Shown: piece after piece, positions 10,203 to 17,779 of the stretch
Position numbering within the stretch: position 1 is the first letter of the stretch
How the letters are laid out: each line of letters begins with the position of its first letter
NCBI GenBank assembly: GCA_035258645.1
Contig: DATFXA010000010.1
Coordinates: 1-27,564 of the forward strand
Source: Gaiellaceae bacterium
GTDB taxonomy: Bacteria; Actinomycetota; Thermoleophilia; Gaiellales; Gaiellaceae
Direction: 5' to 3'
Length of the DNA: 27,564 bases
Notes under the pieces: generated by a model
Seen by the model: the letters and a program-made list of their open reading frames with translations, nothing else
Database searches by the model: none
Told to the model about the DNA's origin: nothing
Position numbers and translations under genes: made by a program

Positions 10203-10469
10203 CTAAACGAGCACGTAGGCCAGGATCGAGCCGAGCAGGCCGTAGAAGACGACGGCCTCGGTCAGCGCGAAGCCCAGCCACTGGATTCCCTGAAGCTCAC
10301 CCCTGAGCTCGGGCTGGCGGGCGACCGACTGGATCATCGAGCCGAAGATGTTTCCGATGCCGACCCCGGCGCCGAGCGCGCCGAGGCCGACGCCGAGCGC
10401 AAGCCCGATCGCCTTCCCGGCCTTCGTTACGTCGCCCGAGGTGGCGGCGAGCAGAGAGAGCGTGTTCAT
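10203..10469 (-). CDS. atpE: F0 ATP synthase c subunit (88 aa, H+-type)
   Basis: TAAGGAGG RBS. GxGxGxGxG helix, loop RQPE, ion-binding Glu in FALTEAVVFY. Confidence 0.97.
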   Translation of the reverse strand: MNTLSLLAATSGDVTKAGKAIGLALGVGLGALGAGVGIGNIFGSMIQSVARQPELRGELQGIQWLGFALTEAVVFYGLLGSILAYVLV

Positions 10470-10477
10470 GTTCCTCC

Positions 10478-11353
10478 TTAGTGCTCGGCCTCGATCGCCG
10501 AGCCGATGTAGATGGCTGACAGGGCCGCGAAGATAAATGCCTGGATGCCCACCACGATCACGACCTCGAAGAGGTAGAAGACGGTGGCCACCGGGATGAC
10601 GAGTGGTGCGAGGACGACCGTCTCGAGGATGAACATCAGGCCGATGAACGTGAGGATCAGGATGTGTCCCGCGAGCATGTTGGCGAAGAGACGAACTGAA
10701 AGCGAGAGCAGCCGCATGAACTGCCCGAGCACCTCGAGCGGGACGATCAGGAAGAGCAGGGCTTTCGGCGCCTCGGGAACCCAGCTCTTGAAGTAGCGCA
10801 CCGGCCCGTTCCAGCGGATGCCCTCGAAGTGCGTGAAGAAGAAGGTCAGCAGCGCGAGCGCAAGTGTGACCGAGAGGGACGAGGTGGCCGCGTAGATCCC
10901 CCACACGGGAAAGCCGTGCCACGTCTCCCCCGTTAGCGGCAACGGGATGAACCCGATCAGGTTGACGACGAAGATGAAGAGGAGCAGCGTCGTGACGTAC
11001 GGGAACCAGCGCCCGATCGCCTTCGACGGCAAGCCCTGCTCGGCGATCTGGGTTTGCGCGATCTCGTAGAGGGCCTCGCCGATCGTCTGCCGGCGATCCG
11101 GCAGGAGCGCGAGCTTCGCGCGCATCAGGACGATTCCGAGAATGATCGTAAGGGCCGTTCCGATCAGGAGGTAGGCCACCGCCTTGGTGATCGAAAGGTC
11201 GAGCCCGCCGATGTGGATCGGGATCCAGTCGTGCTGTTCGAACTCGGTCGTCGGATCGAAGTGGCCGCGGGCGAGGGCGGGCGCAGGAAGCCATACGGCG
11301 CCGAGGATCAGTCCGACCGAAGCGATCCAAAAACGTGCCCACCGGCTCCTCAT
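10478..11353 (-). CDS. atpB: F0 ATP synthase a subunit (291 aa) with an N-terminal signal-peptide-like extension
   Basis: AGGAG RBS and ATGA overlap with atpI. NLIGFIP, LSLSVRLFANMLAGH (essential Arg), E...GIQAFIFAALSAIYI. Confidence 0.97.
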   Translation of the reverse strand: MRSRWARFWIASVGLILGAVWLPAPALARGHFDPTTEFEQHDWIPIHIGGLDLSITKAVAYLLIGTALTIILGIVLMRAKLALLPDRRQTIGEALYEIAQTQIAEQGLPSKAIGRWFPYVTTLLLFIFVVNLIGFIPLPLTGETWHGFPVWGIYAATSSLSVTLALALLTFFFTHFEGIRWNGPVRYFKSWVPEAPKALLFLIVPLEVLGQFMRLLSLSVRLFANMLAGHILILTFIGLMFILETVVLAPLVIPVATVFYLFEVVIVVGIQAFIFAALSAIYIGSAIEAEH

Positions 11354-11745
11354 GCCTTGGGCTCCTGGGAGTAGTAGGTGGCGATCGAGACCGACAGCTC
11401 GGCGGTATAGGCGACCCCGAACAGCAGAACGGCAGCAAGCCCGACCGTGCGGTTCGACGCCGCGACGGCGACGAGCACAACCAGCACCCCGAGAAGCCTC
11501 CCCATCATTCCGAACGCCAGCACGCTTGAGGCCGCGAGGTTATCCGCGGACGGTCGGACGCGCGTCAGGAGCAGGCCGAGGCCCTGGTAGCCGATCCAGA
11601 CGACCGTGGCAATCACCCAGCCGGCTGTTGGCCAACCGGCCACGAGGAAGACAGGCAGCGCCAGGACGATCACGCCTGCACCCGCGAGGACGGGCAACAA
11701 GCGGCTGGGCACCGGACGGGGGGCGCCAAGTGTGGTCGTCCTCAC
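11350..11745 (-). CDS. atpI: AtpI-like membrane protein (131 aa, about 4 TM)
   Basis: GTG at 11743-11745 with GGGAGG RBS, overlapping the atpZ stop. Four hydrophobic segments, directly upstream of atpB. Assigned by position and topology. Confidence 0.7.
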   Translation of the reverse strand: MRTTTLGAPRPVPSRLLPVLAGAGVIVLALPVFLVAGWPTAGWVIATVVWIGYQGLGLLLTRVRPSADNLAASSVLAFGMMGRLLGVLVVLVAVAASNRTVGLAAVLLFGVAYTAELSVSIATYYSQEPKA

Positions 11746-11942
11746 GAGAGCGCCTCCCGATAGCGGAAATAGACCGCGACGATTCCGGCCGGGACTCCGA
11801 CGATGGCGCCGCCGAGTATGCCGTAGCCGACATCCCCGGCGGCCCAACCGATCAGGGCGCCGATGCCTACTGAGGCCGCCGTCGTGGAGGCGAGAAGCAT
11901 GCCTGCACCCGCCGGCTCGAACGTCGGGCGGGAAGGCTCCAT
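11742..11942 (-). CDS. atpZ: AtpZ/AtpI-family (ATPase gene 1) small 2-TM protein (66 aa)
   Basis: Gly-rich hairpin VGIGALIGWAAG...GILGGAIVGVPAGIVAVY followed by a basic tail; first gene of the atp operon. Alternative ATG at 11954. Confidence 0.7.
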   Translation of the reverse strand: MEPSRPTFEPAGAGMLLASTTAASVGIGALIGWAAGDVGYGILGGAIVGVPAGIVAVYFRYREALS

Positions 11943-11949
11943 CGCCGCG

Positions 11950-11958
11950 AGCATAGCA
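11950..11958 (-). promoter_or_regulatory. Extended -10 promoter (TGC-TATGCT) of the atp operon, leaderless geometry
   Basis: Matches TGnTAnnnT; 7 nt from the hexamer to ATG 11942; no SD before that ATG. Confidence 0.65.
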
Positions 11959-12018
11959 GACTTTGTGACAGCCAAAACCGCCCATTTCTCCAGGAAAACA
12001 GGCGATTTCCGACCGACT

Positions 12019-12047
12019 TTGTTCACGGGTTGTCCACGGGTTATCGT
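12019..12047 (+). promoter_or_regulatory. Sigma70-type promoter TTGTTC-N17-TATCGT overlapped by an 11-bp tandem direct repeat
   Basis: -35-like 12019-12024; -10 12042-12047, 7 nt before ATG 12055. TTGTTCACGGG and TTGTCCACGGG at 12019-12029 and 12030-12040. Confidence 0.6.
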
Positions 12048-12054
12048 GGTGCGC

Positions 12055-12765
12055 ATGCACGTCGAAATGGTTGGCAGCGGCCCGCGGGTCGTCCTTGTCC
12101 ACGGGAGCGTCGGCAACGGGCGCGCGACCTGGGAATCGCTGAGGCCGTTGGCCGACCGCCACACGCTGGTGATCCTGGATCGGCCGGGCTATCCGCCGAA
12201 CCTGCCGGTCGACTACGCCGATTTCGAGCCCCAGGCGGAGGTAATCGCCGACCTGTTGCAGCCCGGCGACCATCTCGTCGGACACTCCTACGGCGGCGTG
12301 ATCTCGCTCCTCGCCGCGGCGCAGGCGGACGGCCTGCGCTCATTGACCGTGAACGAGCCGCCGGCATTTGGGATCGCGCGGGGGAATCCGTCCGTCGAGG
12401 AGTTCCTGGCAAAGATGCGGGATGCCCCCCGCGAGCCCCGCGAATACCTCGCCTACTTTCTGCCGCTGGTGGGCAGCTCGCTGAACGTCACAGACCCGCT
12501 CCCGGCCGCGCTCGAGGCTGGGACACGGGCGGCGATGGTCGAGCGCCCACCGCACGAAGCGGACATTCCGCTTGACCAGCTGGCGGCCGCGCCGTTCCCG
12601 AAGCTGGTCGTCACGGGCGGACACAACCCGGTCTTCGACGCCGTCGCCGACGTGCTCGAGCAGCGCCTCGGAGCGCGACGCGCCGTTGTCCCGGGCGCCG
12701 GCCACAGCATTCCCAGGGCCCCGGGCTACGGCGAGACCCTCACCCGCTTCTTCGAGTCGGTGTGA
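12055..12765 (+). CDS. Alpha/beta-fold hydrolase (236 aa)
   Basis: VVLVHG, ILDRPGYP, nucleophile elbow GHSYGG, C-terminal GAGH. Start reassigned to ATG 12055. Confidence 0.88.
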   Translation: MHVEMVGSGPRVVLVHGSVGNGRATWESLRPLADRHTLVILDRPGYPPNLPVDYADFEPQAEVIADLLQPGDHLVGHSYGGVISLLAAAQADGLRSLTVNEPPAFGIARGNPSVEEFLAKMRDAPREPREYLAYFLPLVGSSLNVTDPLPAALEAGTRAAMVERPPHEADIPLDQLAAAPFPKLVVTGGHNPVFDAVADVLEQRLGARRAVVPGAGHSIPRAPGYGETLTRFFESV

Positions 12766-13274
12766 TCGAGCTGCCGCTTCAGACCGAGCGTCTCGTCGTC
12801 CGGCCCTTCGAGCCGGAGCGCGACGCAGCGCCGCTGCACGAGCTCTGGGGAGACGCCAAGGCGATGCAGTTCATCCCGGGAGGAGCCCGCGCAGACCTCG
12901 ACGAGACGCGCGAGCGGCTGGAGTCCCTCGCCGGGCGGGCCGCCAACGGCCTCGGGGTCTGGGCACTGGAGGAACGCAACAGCGGCCGTCTGGTCGGCAT
13001 CGTCGGGCTGTTCCCGCTGGCATGGCAGGGGCCCGAGCTCGAGCTCGCATACCACGTCGTCCCCTCGGCCTGGAACCGGGGCTTCGCGACCGAAGCGGCC
13101 CGCGCAGTGCTCGCGGCCGCCTGGGACGGCGGCGTCGATCACGTCGTCGCGGTCGCGATGCCCGGGAACGGTGCCTCGCGTAGGGTGATGGAAAAGGTCG
13201 GAATGACCCTCGACGGGCCGTCTCTGTACCGTGACCTCGAGGTCGTCCGCTACTCGATCGCACGCCCGAGCTGA
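12762..13274 (+). CDS. GNAT N-acetyltransferase, RimJ/RimL-like (170 aa)
   Basis: LQTERLVVRPF, ELAYHVVPSAWNRGFATEAARA, N.ASRRVMEKVGM; GTGA overlap with the hydrolase. Confidence 0.9.
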   Translation: MIELPLQTERLVVRPFEPERDAAPLHELWGDAKAMQFIPGGARADLDETRERLESLAGRAANGLGVWALEERNSGRLVGIVGLFPLAWQGPELELAYHVVPSAWNRGFATEAARAVLAAAWDGGVDHVVAVAMPGNGASRRVMEKVGMTLDGPSLYRDLEVVRYSIARPS

Positions 13275-14278
13275 TGGCGCATGTCTGGGTAGACGTTACG
13301 AACCCGGCGCACGTCATCGTCTTGCGCCCGCTCGTCGAGCTACTCGAGGCGGACGGGCATGAGGTGACCTTGACCGCGCGGCCGCTTTCACACACGACCG
13401 AGCTGCTCGACGACTGGGGTCATCAGTACACGGCGATGGGACAGCACGGCGGCGCGAGCCGGCTGGGCAAGGCGCTCGCGGCCGGCTCCCGGACGGCGCA
13501 GGCATTCGCGTTCGCCCGGGGCAAGGGGTTCGACTACGGCCTCGCGCACGGCTCGACCGACCTGCCGCCGGTCGCCAGGGTGCTCGGCTTCGCGAACACC
13601 ACGATGTTCGACTACGAATGGGCCAGGCTGCAGCACGAGCTCAACTGCCGGCTCGCGACGCGCGTGCTCGTGCCCGACGCGATTCCGGCCGAGCGGCTTG
13701 CGTCCTACGGCGCCCGGCCGCCGAAGCTCGTCCGCTACCCGGGTCTCAAGGAGGAGTACTACTTGGCAGACTTCGAGCCGGACGAGTCCGTCCTCGAGGA
13801 GCTCGGGCTCGACCGGGAACGCGTGGTCGCCGTCGTCCGCACGGCTCCCTCGTACGCGCTCTACCTCGGGGGCTCCGAGAACGAGTTGCTGCCGCTCGTG
13901 CTTCGGCGGCTCCTCGACGAAGGCGCCCAGGTGGCTGTGCTGGCACGGACGGACGAGCAGCGACAGGCGCTGCGCCGGCTCGATCCCGCCCTGATCGTGC
14001 CCGACCGCGCCGTCGATGGACGCAGCCTCGCCGCGTTGGCCGACCTCGTCGTCTCGGCCGGCGGCACGATGATCCGCGAAGCTGCCGTGCTCGGGACGCC
14101 GGTCTGGTCGATCTTCGAAGGCCGCCCCGGCGCAGTCGACGAGCAGCTCGAGCGCGAGGGCCGGCTGCGCTTCCTCCGAGATCCGGCCGAGCTCGTGGTC
14201 GAGAAGGCGCCGGCCATCCGTGAGCGGCGCGGGCGCCGAGACCCCGCCGAGCTGCTCAGGCTGGCCGTTCCGTTCTAA
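13274..14278 (+). CDS. DUF354 family protein (predicted GT-B fold glycosyltransferase-like, 334 aa)
   Basis: WVDVTNPAHV, YPGLKEEYYLADFEPD..VL.ELG, SAGGTMIREAAVLGTP; TGATG coupling to the GNAT gene. Confidence 0.8.
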   Translation: MAHVWVDVTNPAHVIVLRPLVELLEADGHEVTLTARPLSHTTELLDDWGHQYTAMGQHGGASRLGKALAAGSRTAQAFAFARGKGFDYGLAHGSTDLPPVARVLGFANTTMFDYEWARLQHELNCRLATRVLVPDAIPAERLASYGARPPKLVRYPGLKEEYYLADFEPDESVLEELGLDRERVVAVVRTAPSYALYLGGSENELLPLVLRRLLDEGAQVAVLARTDEQRQALRRLDPALIVPDRAVDGRSLAALADLVVSAGGTMIREAAVLGTPVWSIFEGRPGAVDEQLEREGRLRFLRDPAELVVEKAPAIRERRGRRDPAELLRLAVPF

Positions 14279-14294
14279 GGGGTTTGGCGTCCTC

Positions 14295-15473
14295 CTAGCG
14301 CCGCCCGCCGGCGCTGAGCGCGCGATCGGCGGCCTCCTCGCGCTCAGGCTCCTCGCCCGGCTTGCCGCGCCGCAGAACCTGCAGGTGGCGCGATTTGAGG
14401 ATCTCGAGCGTGTAGACCATCCAGACCGACGCCGCCAGGACGACGAGACCGACCGCGATCGCGATCAGCGTGTTGCCGAGATCCCACTGCCCGAACGGCC
14501 GCGGCGGCACGAAGCGAAGGAGGATCGCGTACGCAGACAGCAGCAAGGCCCAGAGATAGAGGTAGGTGGCGGTGCGCCGCTGAGAGAAACCGATCCGCAT
14601 GAAGCGGTGGTAGAAGTGGTTCTGGTCAGGTGCAAACGGCGAGCGCTTGTACTTCAGGCGCTTCAGCACGACGAACGAGGTGTCGAGGATCGGCACCGCC
14701 AGAACGAGCAGCGGCCCGACGAGGGCGATCGTGGCGGCGGTCTTCAACACGCCTTGGACGGCGACGCACGCCAGGACGAAGCCGAGCGCCAGCGCGCCCG
14801 TGTCGCCCATGAAGATCTTCGCAGGGTTGTAGTTGTGCCGAAGGAACGCGAGCGTCGCGCCGCAGACGATTGCAGCGAGAACCGCCGCGTCCGTTCTGAC
14901 GAACGACGCCGCCAGCAGCGCGAAGGAGCCCGACGCGATCGCGACGATCCCCGAGGCGAGGCCGTCCATTCCGTCGATCAGGTTGACGAGGTTCGCAAGC
15001 AGGGCGATCCAGAAGATCGTCAGCGGGTAGGCGCCCCAGCCAAGATCGAAGTTGCCGACCAGCGGAAGGCCGCCGCTTTCCCACTTCATCCCGAAGCCGG
15101 CAACGGGAATGAGCGCCGCGACAACGATCCCGAGCATCTTGAGACCTGCGTTGATCCCATGGATGTCGTCGATCAGCCCGATCGCGGCGACCATCAGCGT
15201 GCCGAGCAGGATCCCCAGATAGACCCCTTCGGGCTTGACGAAGATCGCCATGGCGACCGCGATGGCGATCACGATCGCCAGCCCGCCGATGCGCGGAATC
15301 GGCTTGCCGCCATGAACCCGGGGGCGGTCAGCCTTGTCGTCGACGCCACCGATCCGTGGTGCGAGCCAGACAACAGCCGGCGTCAGCGCAAGGACGATTC
15401 CGGCCGCGGTCAGGAAGCCCCAGATCGCGTTGCTGTCGCGAAAGAGCGCGTGCAGCGAGTCCGCGAAGGACAT
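14295..15473 (-). CDS. wecA: MraY/WecA(TagO/Rfe)-family undecaprenyl-phosphate HexNAc-1-phosphate transferase (392 aa)
   Basis: PIPRIGGLAI, IGLIDD, NLVNLIDGMDGLA, FL.HN.NPAKIFMGDTG, PILDT, PD.NH.YHR; about 11 TM segments. Confidence 0.9.
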   Translation of the reverse strand: MSFADSLHALFRDSNAIWGFLTAAGIVLALTPAVVWLAPRIGGVDDKADRPRVHGGKPIPRIGGLAIVIAIAVAMAIFVKPEGVYLGILLGTLMVAAIGLIDDIHGINAGLKMLGIVVAALIPVAGFGMKWESGGLPLVGNFDLGWGAYPLTIFWIALLANLVNLIDGMDGLASGIVAIASGSFALLAASFVRTDAAVLAAIVCGATLAFLRHNYNPAKIFMGDTGALALGFVLACVAVQGVLKTAATIALVGPLLVLAVPILDTSFVVLKRLKYKRSPFAPDQNHFYHRFMRIGFSQRRTATYLYLWALLLSAYAILLRFVPPRPFGQWDLGNTLIAIAVGLVVLAASVWMVYTLEILKSRHLQVLRRGKPGEEPEREEAADRALSAGGRR

Positions 15474-15480
15474 CCCTGCG

Positions 15481-15486
15481 TTTATA
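15481..15486 (-). promoter_or_regulatory. Candidate -10 (TATAAA) for a leaderless wecA transcript
   Basis: 5/6 match to TATAAT, 7 nt before ATG 15473; no SD. The conserved last T is missing. Confidence 0.4.
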
Positions 15487-15609
15487 CCGCAAGGAACGGC
15501 CGCACCAGCAAAGCCGCTCGCGGCGTCTCAGACGGCATCGCAGCGACGCCTCAGACACCCTGTGCAGGAATTCAGCTGCTGCGCCGATACTGGTTCCGGC
15601 AAGTCACGT

Positions 15610-15618
15610 TGCTAGCCT
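15610..15618 (+). promoter_or_regulatory. Candidate extended -10 (TGC-TAGCCT) for the nucleotide-sugar operon
   Basis: TGnTAnnnT match 10 nt before the in-frame TTG at 15629. Confidence 0.45.
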
Positions 15619-15628
15619 GCACAGCCTC

Positions 15629-16939
15629 TTGAGCAAGGTTCTCTCACCCGAAACGACCTTCGACGACCGGATCGCCCAGCGCACAGCGGCGATCGGGATC
15701 GTCGGTCTCGGCTACGCCGGGTTGCCGCTCGCCATGGCCTTTGCCGAGATGGGCTTCGACGTCACCGGCATCGACCTCAACGCCGAGCGCGTCCGCGCCG
15801 TTCAGACACACGAGTCGTATCTCGTCGACGTGCCGCCCGAGCGCTACGAAAACCTCGACGGAACGCTCAGCGCGACGACGGATTACGGCGTTGTCGGCGA
15901 GCTCGATGCGCTGACCATCTGCGTGCCCACGCCCCTGTCCAAGACGCGGACGCCCGACCTCAACTTCATCGTCTCGGCCGCGGAATCGGTCGGCTCGAAC
16001 ATCAGCCCCGGAATGCTGATCGTCCTGCAGTCGACGACCCATCCCGGCACCACGGAGGAGGTCGTCCTGCCGATCCTCGAGCAGCGCTCGGGCGGCAAGG
16101 CGGGCAAGGACTTCTTCCTCGGCTACGCCCCCGAGCGCGTCGATCCCGGCAACGCCACCTTCACGATTAAGAACACGCCGAAGCTCGTCGCGGGAGTGAC
16201 CGAGGAATGCCTACGGCGCACGGCGCTGCTGTACGAGCAGATCGTCGACACGGTGCAGCCCGTCTCGAGCCCGATGGTCGCCGAGACGGCAAAACTGCAT
16301 GAGAACACGTTCCGCGCCGTCAACATCGCGCTCGCCAACGAGCTGGCGCTGATGTGCGATCGGCTCGGGATCTCTCCCTGGGAGGTGATCGAGGCCGCGT
16401 CCTCGAAGCCGTTCGGCTTCCTCCCCCACTATCCCGGTCCCGGCCTCGGCGGCGACTGCATCCCGGTGGTCCCGCACTTCCTGGCCTGGCGGCTGCGCGA
16501 GTACGGCTACTCGGCGCGACTGATCGAGGCCGCGCACGAGATCAACGCTGCGATGCCGCTCTTCGTCGTGCAGAAGATCTCGGACGCGCTGAACGACTCC
16601 GGCCGCCCGATCAAGGGCTCACGCCTGCTCCTGCTCGGGATGGCCTACAAGGCCGACGTTCACGACACGCGTGAGTCGCCTTCGCTGGAGATCATGCGCC
16701 AGCTGATCCAGCGCGGCGGCGACGTCCACTACTGCGACCCCTGGGTCTCCGAAGTCGAGCTCGACGGGGCGACGCATCGTTCGGTCGAGTGGTCGGCCGA
16801 CGAGCTCGCTGCCGCCGACTGCGTAGTCGTCTTGACGCCGCACACCGTCTTCTCGGACCAGCCGCTCTGGGATCGCGCGCGGCTGATCGTCGACACGCGG
16901 CATGCGGTGCCGGACGGGCCGACCGTCCACCAGATTTAG
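15629..16939 (+). CDS. Nucleotide-sugar 6-dehydrogenase, UDP-glucose/GDP-mannose DH family, WbpA/WecC-like branch (about 436 aa)
   Basis: GIVGLGYAGLPLA, ICVPTP, STT.PGTT, APERVDPGN, AETAKLHENTFRAVNIALANE, GPGLGGDCIP, GMAYK.DV.DTRESP. TTG start is inferred. Confidence 0.92.
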   Translation: MSKVLSPETTFDDRIAQRTAAIGIVGLGYAGLPLAMAFAEMGFDVTGIDLNAERVRAVQTHESYLVDVPPERYENLDGTLSATTDYGVVGELDALTICVPTPLSKTRTPDLNFIVSAAESVGSNISPGMLIVLQSTTHPGTTEEVVLPILEQRSGGKAGKDFFLGYAPERVDPGNATFTIKNTPKLVAGVTEECLRRTALLYEQIVDTVQPVSSPMVAETAKLHENTFRAVNIALANELALMCDRLGISPWEVIEAASSKPFGFLPHYPGPGLGGDCIPVVPHFLAWRLREYGYSARLIEAAHEINAAMPLFVVQKISDALNDSGRPIKGSRLLLLGMAYKADVHDTRESPSLEIMRQLIQRGGDVHYCDPWVSEVELDGATHRSVEWSADELAAADCVVVLTPHTVFSDQPLWDRARLIVDTRHAVPDGPTVHQI

Positions 16940-16942
16940 AGC

Positions 16943-17779
16943 ATGGCTAGGTTCCTGGTCCTCGGGGCCGGGTACATCGGCGCGAAGCTCGGGGAGCTCG
17001 CGCTTGCCAAGGGGGACGACGTCGTCCTGGCGGACAACTGGTTCGCGACCGAACGCTCCCAGCTGGACGGCCTCGAGGCTGCCGGCGCCCGGGTCGAAAC
17101 GGCCGACATACGAGAGGACATCTACGGACTGCTCGAGCCGCGGCCGGACGTCGTCTTCCTGCTGGCGGCGCAGGCCTCGCGGCCGCTCTCCGAAACCGAG
17201 CCGGACTACACGGAGGAAACGAACGTCAGCGGGACGCGCCGGGTCGGCCGCGCAGTCGGCGAAGCCGGGGTGCCGTTGCTCGTCTTCGCCTCCTCTCTGC
17301 AGGTCTATGGAAACAACCTGAGGGGCATTGTTGGGCCGAGGACTCCGTTCGGGCATCCGGGTGATCTCGCACACCTGTCGAAGATCTACGGGGAGGTAGC
17401 GCTCGCGCTCAAGTCCAGGCGCTACGCCTTCGACCTCGCGATCCTGCGCCTCGGGATCGTCTACGGGCCCAGCCCGGTCGAGCACTCCGCGGCCGAATCG
17501 CAGACGGTGGTGGACAAGTTCCGGCGGCTGGCGGCCGCCGGTGAGGAGCTGCCGTTGGACGACGGCGGCCGGGCGACGATCGGCGTCGTTCACATCGACG
17601 ACGTGGCGCGAATCCTGCTCGAGACGGAGCTCGGCGCCGCGAACGTCGCCGCGGAGACCCTGACCGTCGCGGACGTCGCCCGCCTCGCCGGGGGCGAAGA
17701 GCCGGTCGGAGGGGCGGCGTTCACATTCTCCTCGCCGTTCCACTACGAGCACCGGCTCGCGGACTATCTCCGCCGATGA
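16943..17779 (+). CDS. NAD-dependent epimerase/dehydratase-like extended SDR, atypical (278 aa)
   Basis: VLGAGYIG, DIR, LAAQAS, TN..GT, FASS..VYG, LR..IVYGP. The YxxxK motif reads AHLSK. Confidence 0.85.
   Translation: MARFLVLGAGYIGAKLGELALAKGDDVVLADNWFATERSQLDGLEAAGARVETADIREDIYGLLEPRPDVVFLLAAQASRPLSETEPDYTEETNVSGTRRVGRAVGEAGVPLLVFASSLQVYGNNLRGIVGPRTPFGHPGDLAHLSKIYGEVALALKSRRYAFDLAILRLGIVYGPSPVEHSAAESQTVVDKFRRLAAAGEELPLDDGGRATIGVVHIDDVARILLETELGAANVAAETLTVADVARLAGGEEPVGGAAFTFSSPFHYEHRLADYLRR

Noticed and set aside
10203-11942. Na+-translocating or N-type ATPase
   Set aside because: The c subunit lacks Na+ ligands, delta is a separate gene, and the order is the standard F-type order.
11964-11979. 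CRP/GlxR site starting TGTGA
   Set aside because: The second half-site reads AAACC rather than TCACA.
12019-12049. Replication origin suggested by DnaA-box-like 9-mers
   Set aside because: Only two mismatched boxes, no AT-rich unwinding element and no dnaA/dnaN nearby.
16028-16039. QSTT instead of ESTT in the dehydrogenase as a catalytic loss
   Set aside because: The catalytic Glu (human E161) aligns with the intact APER motif, and the key Thr is retained. This position varies across the family.
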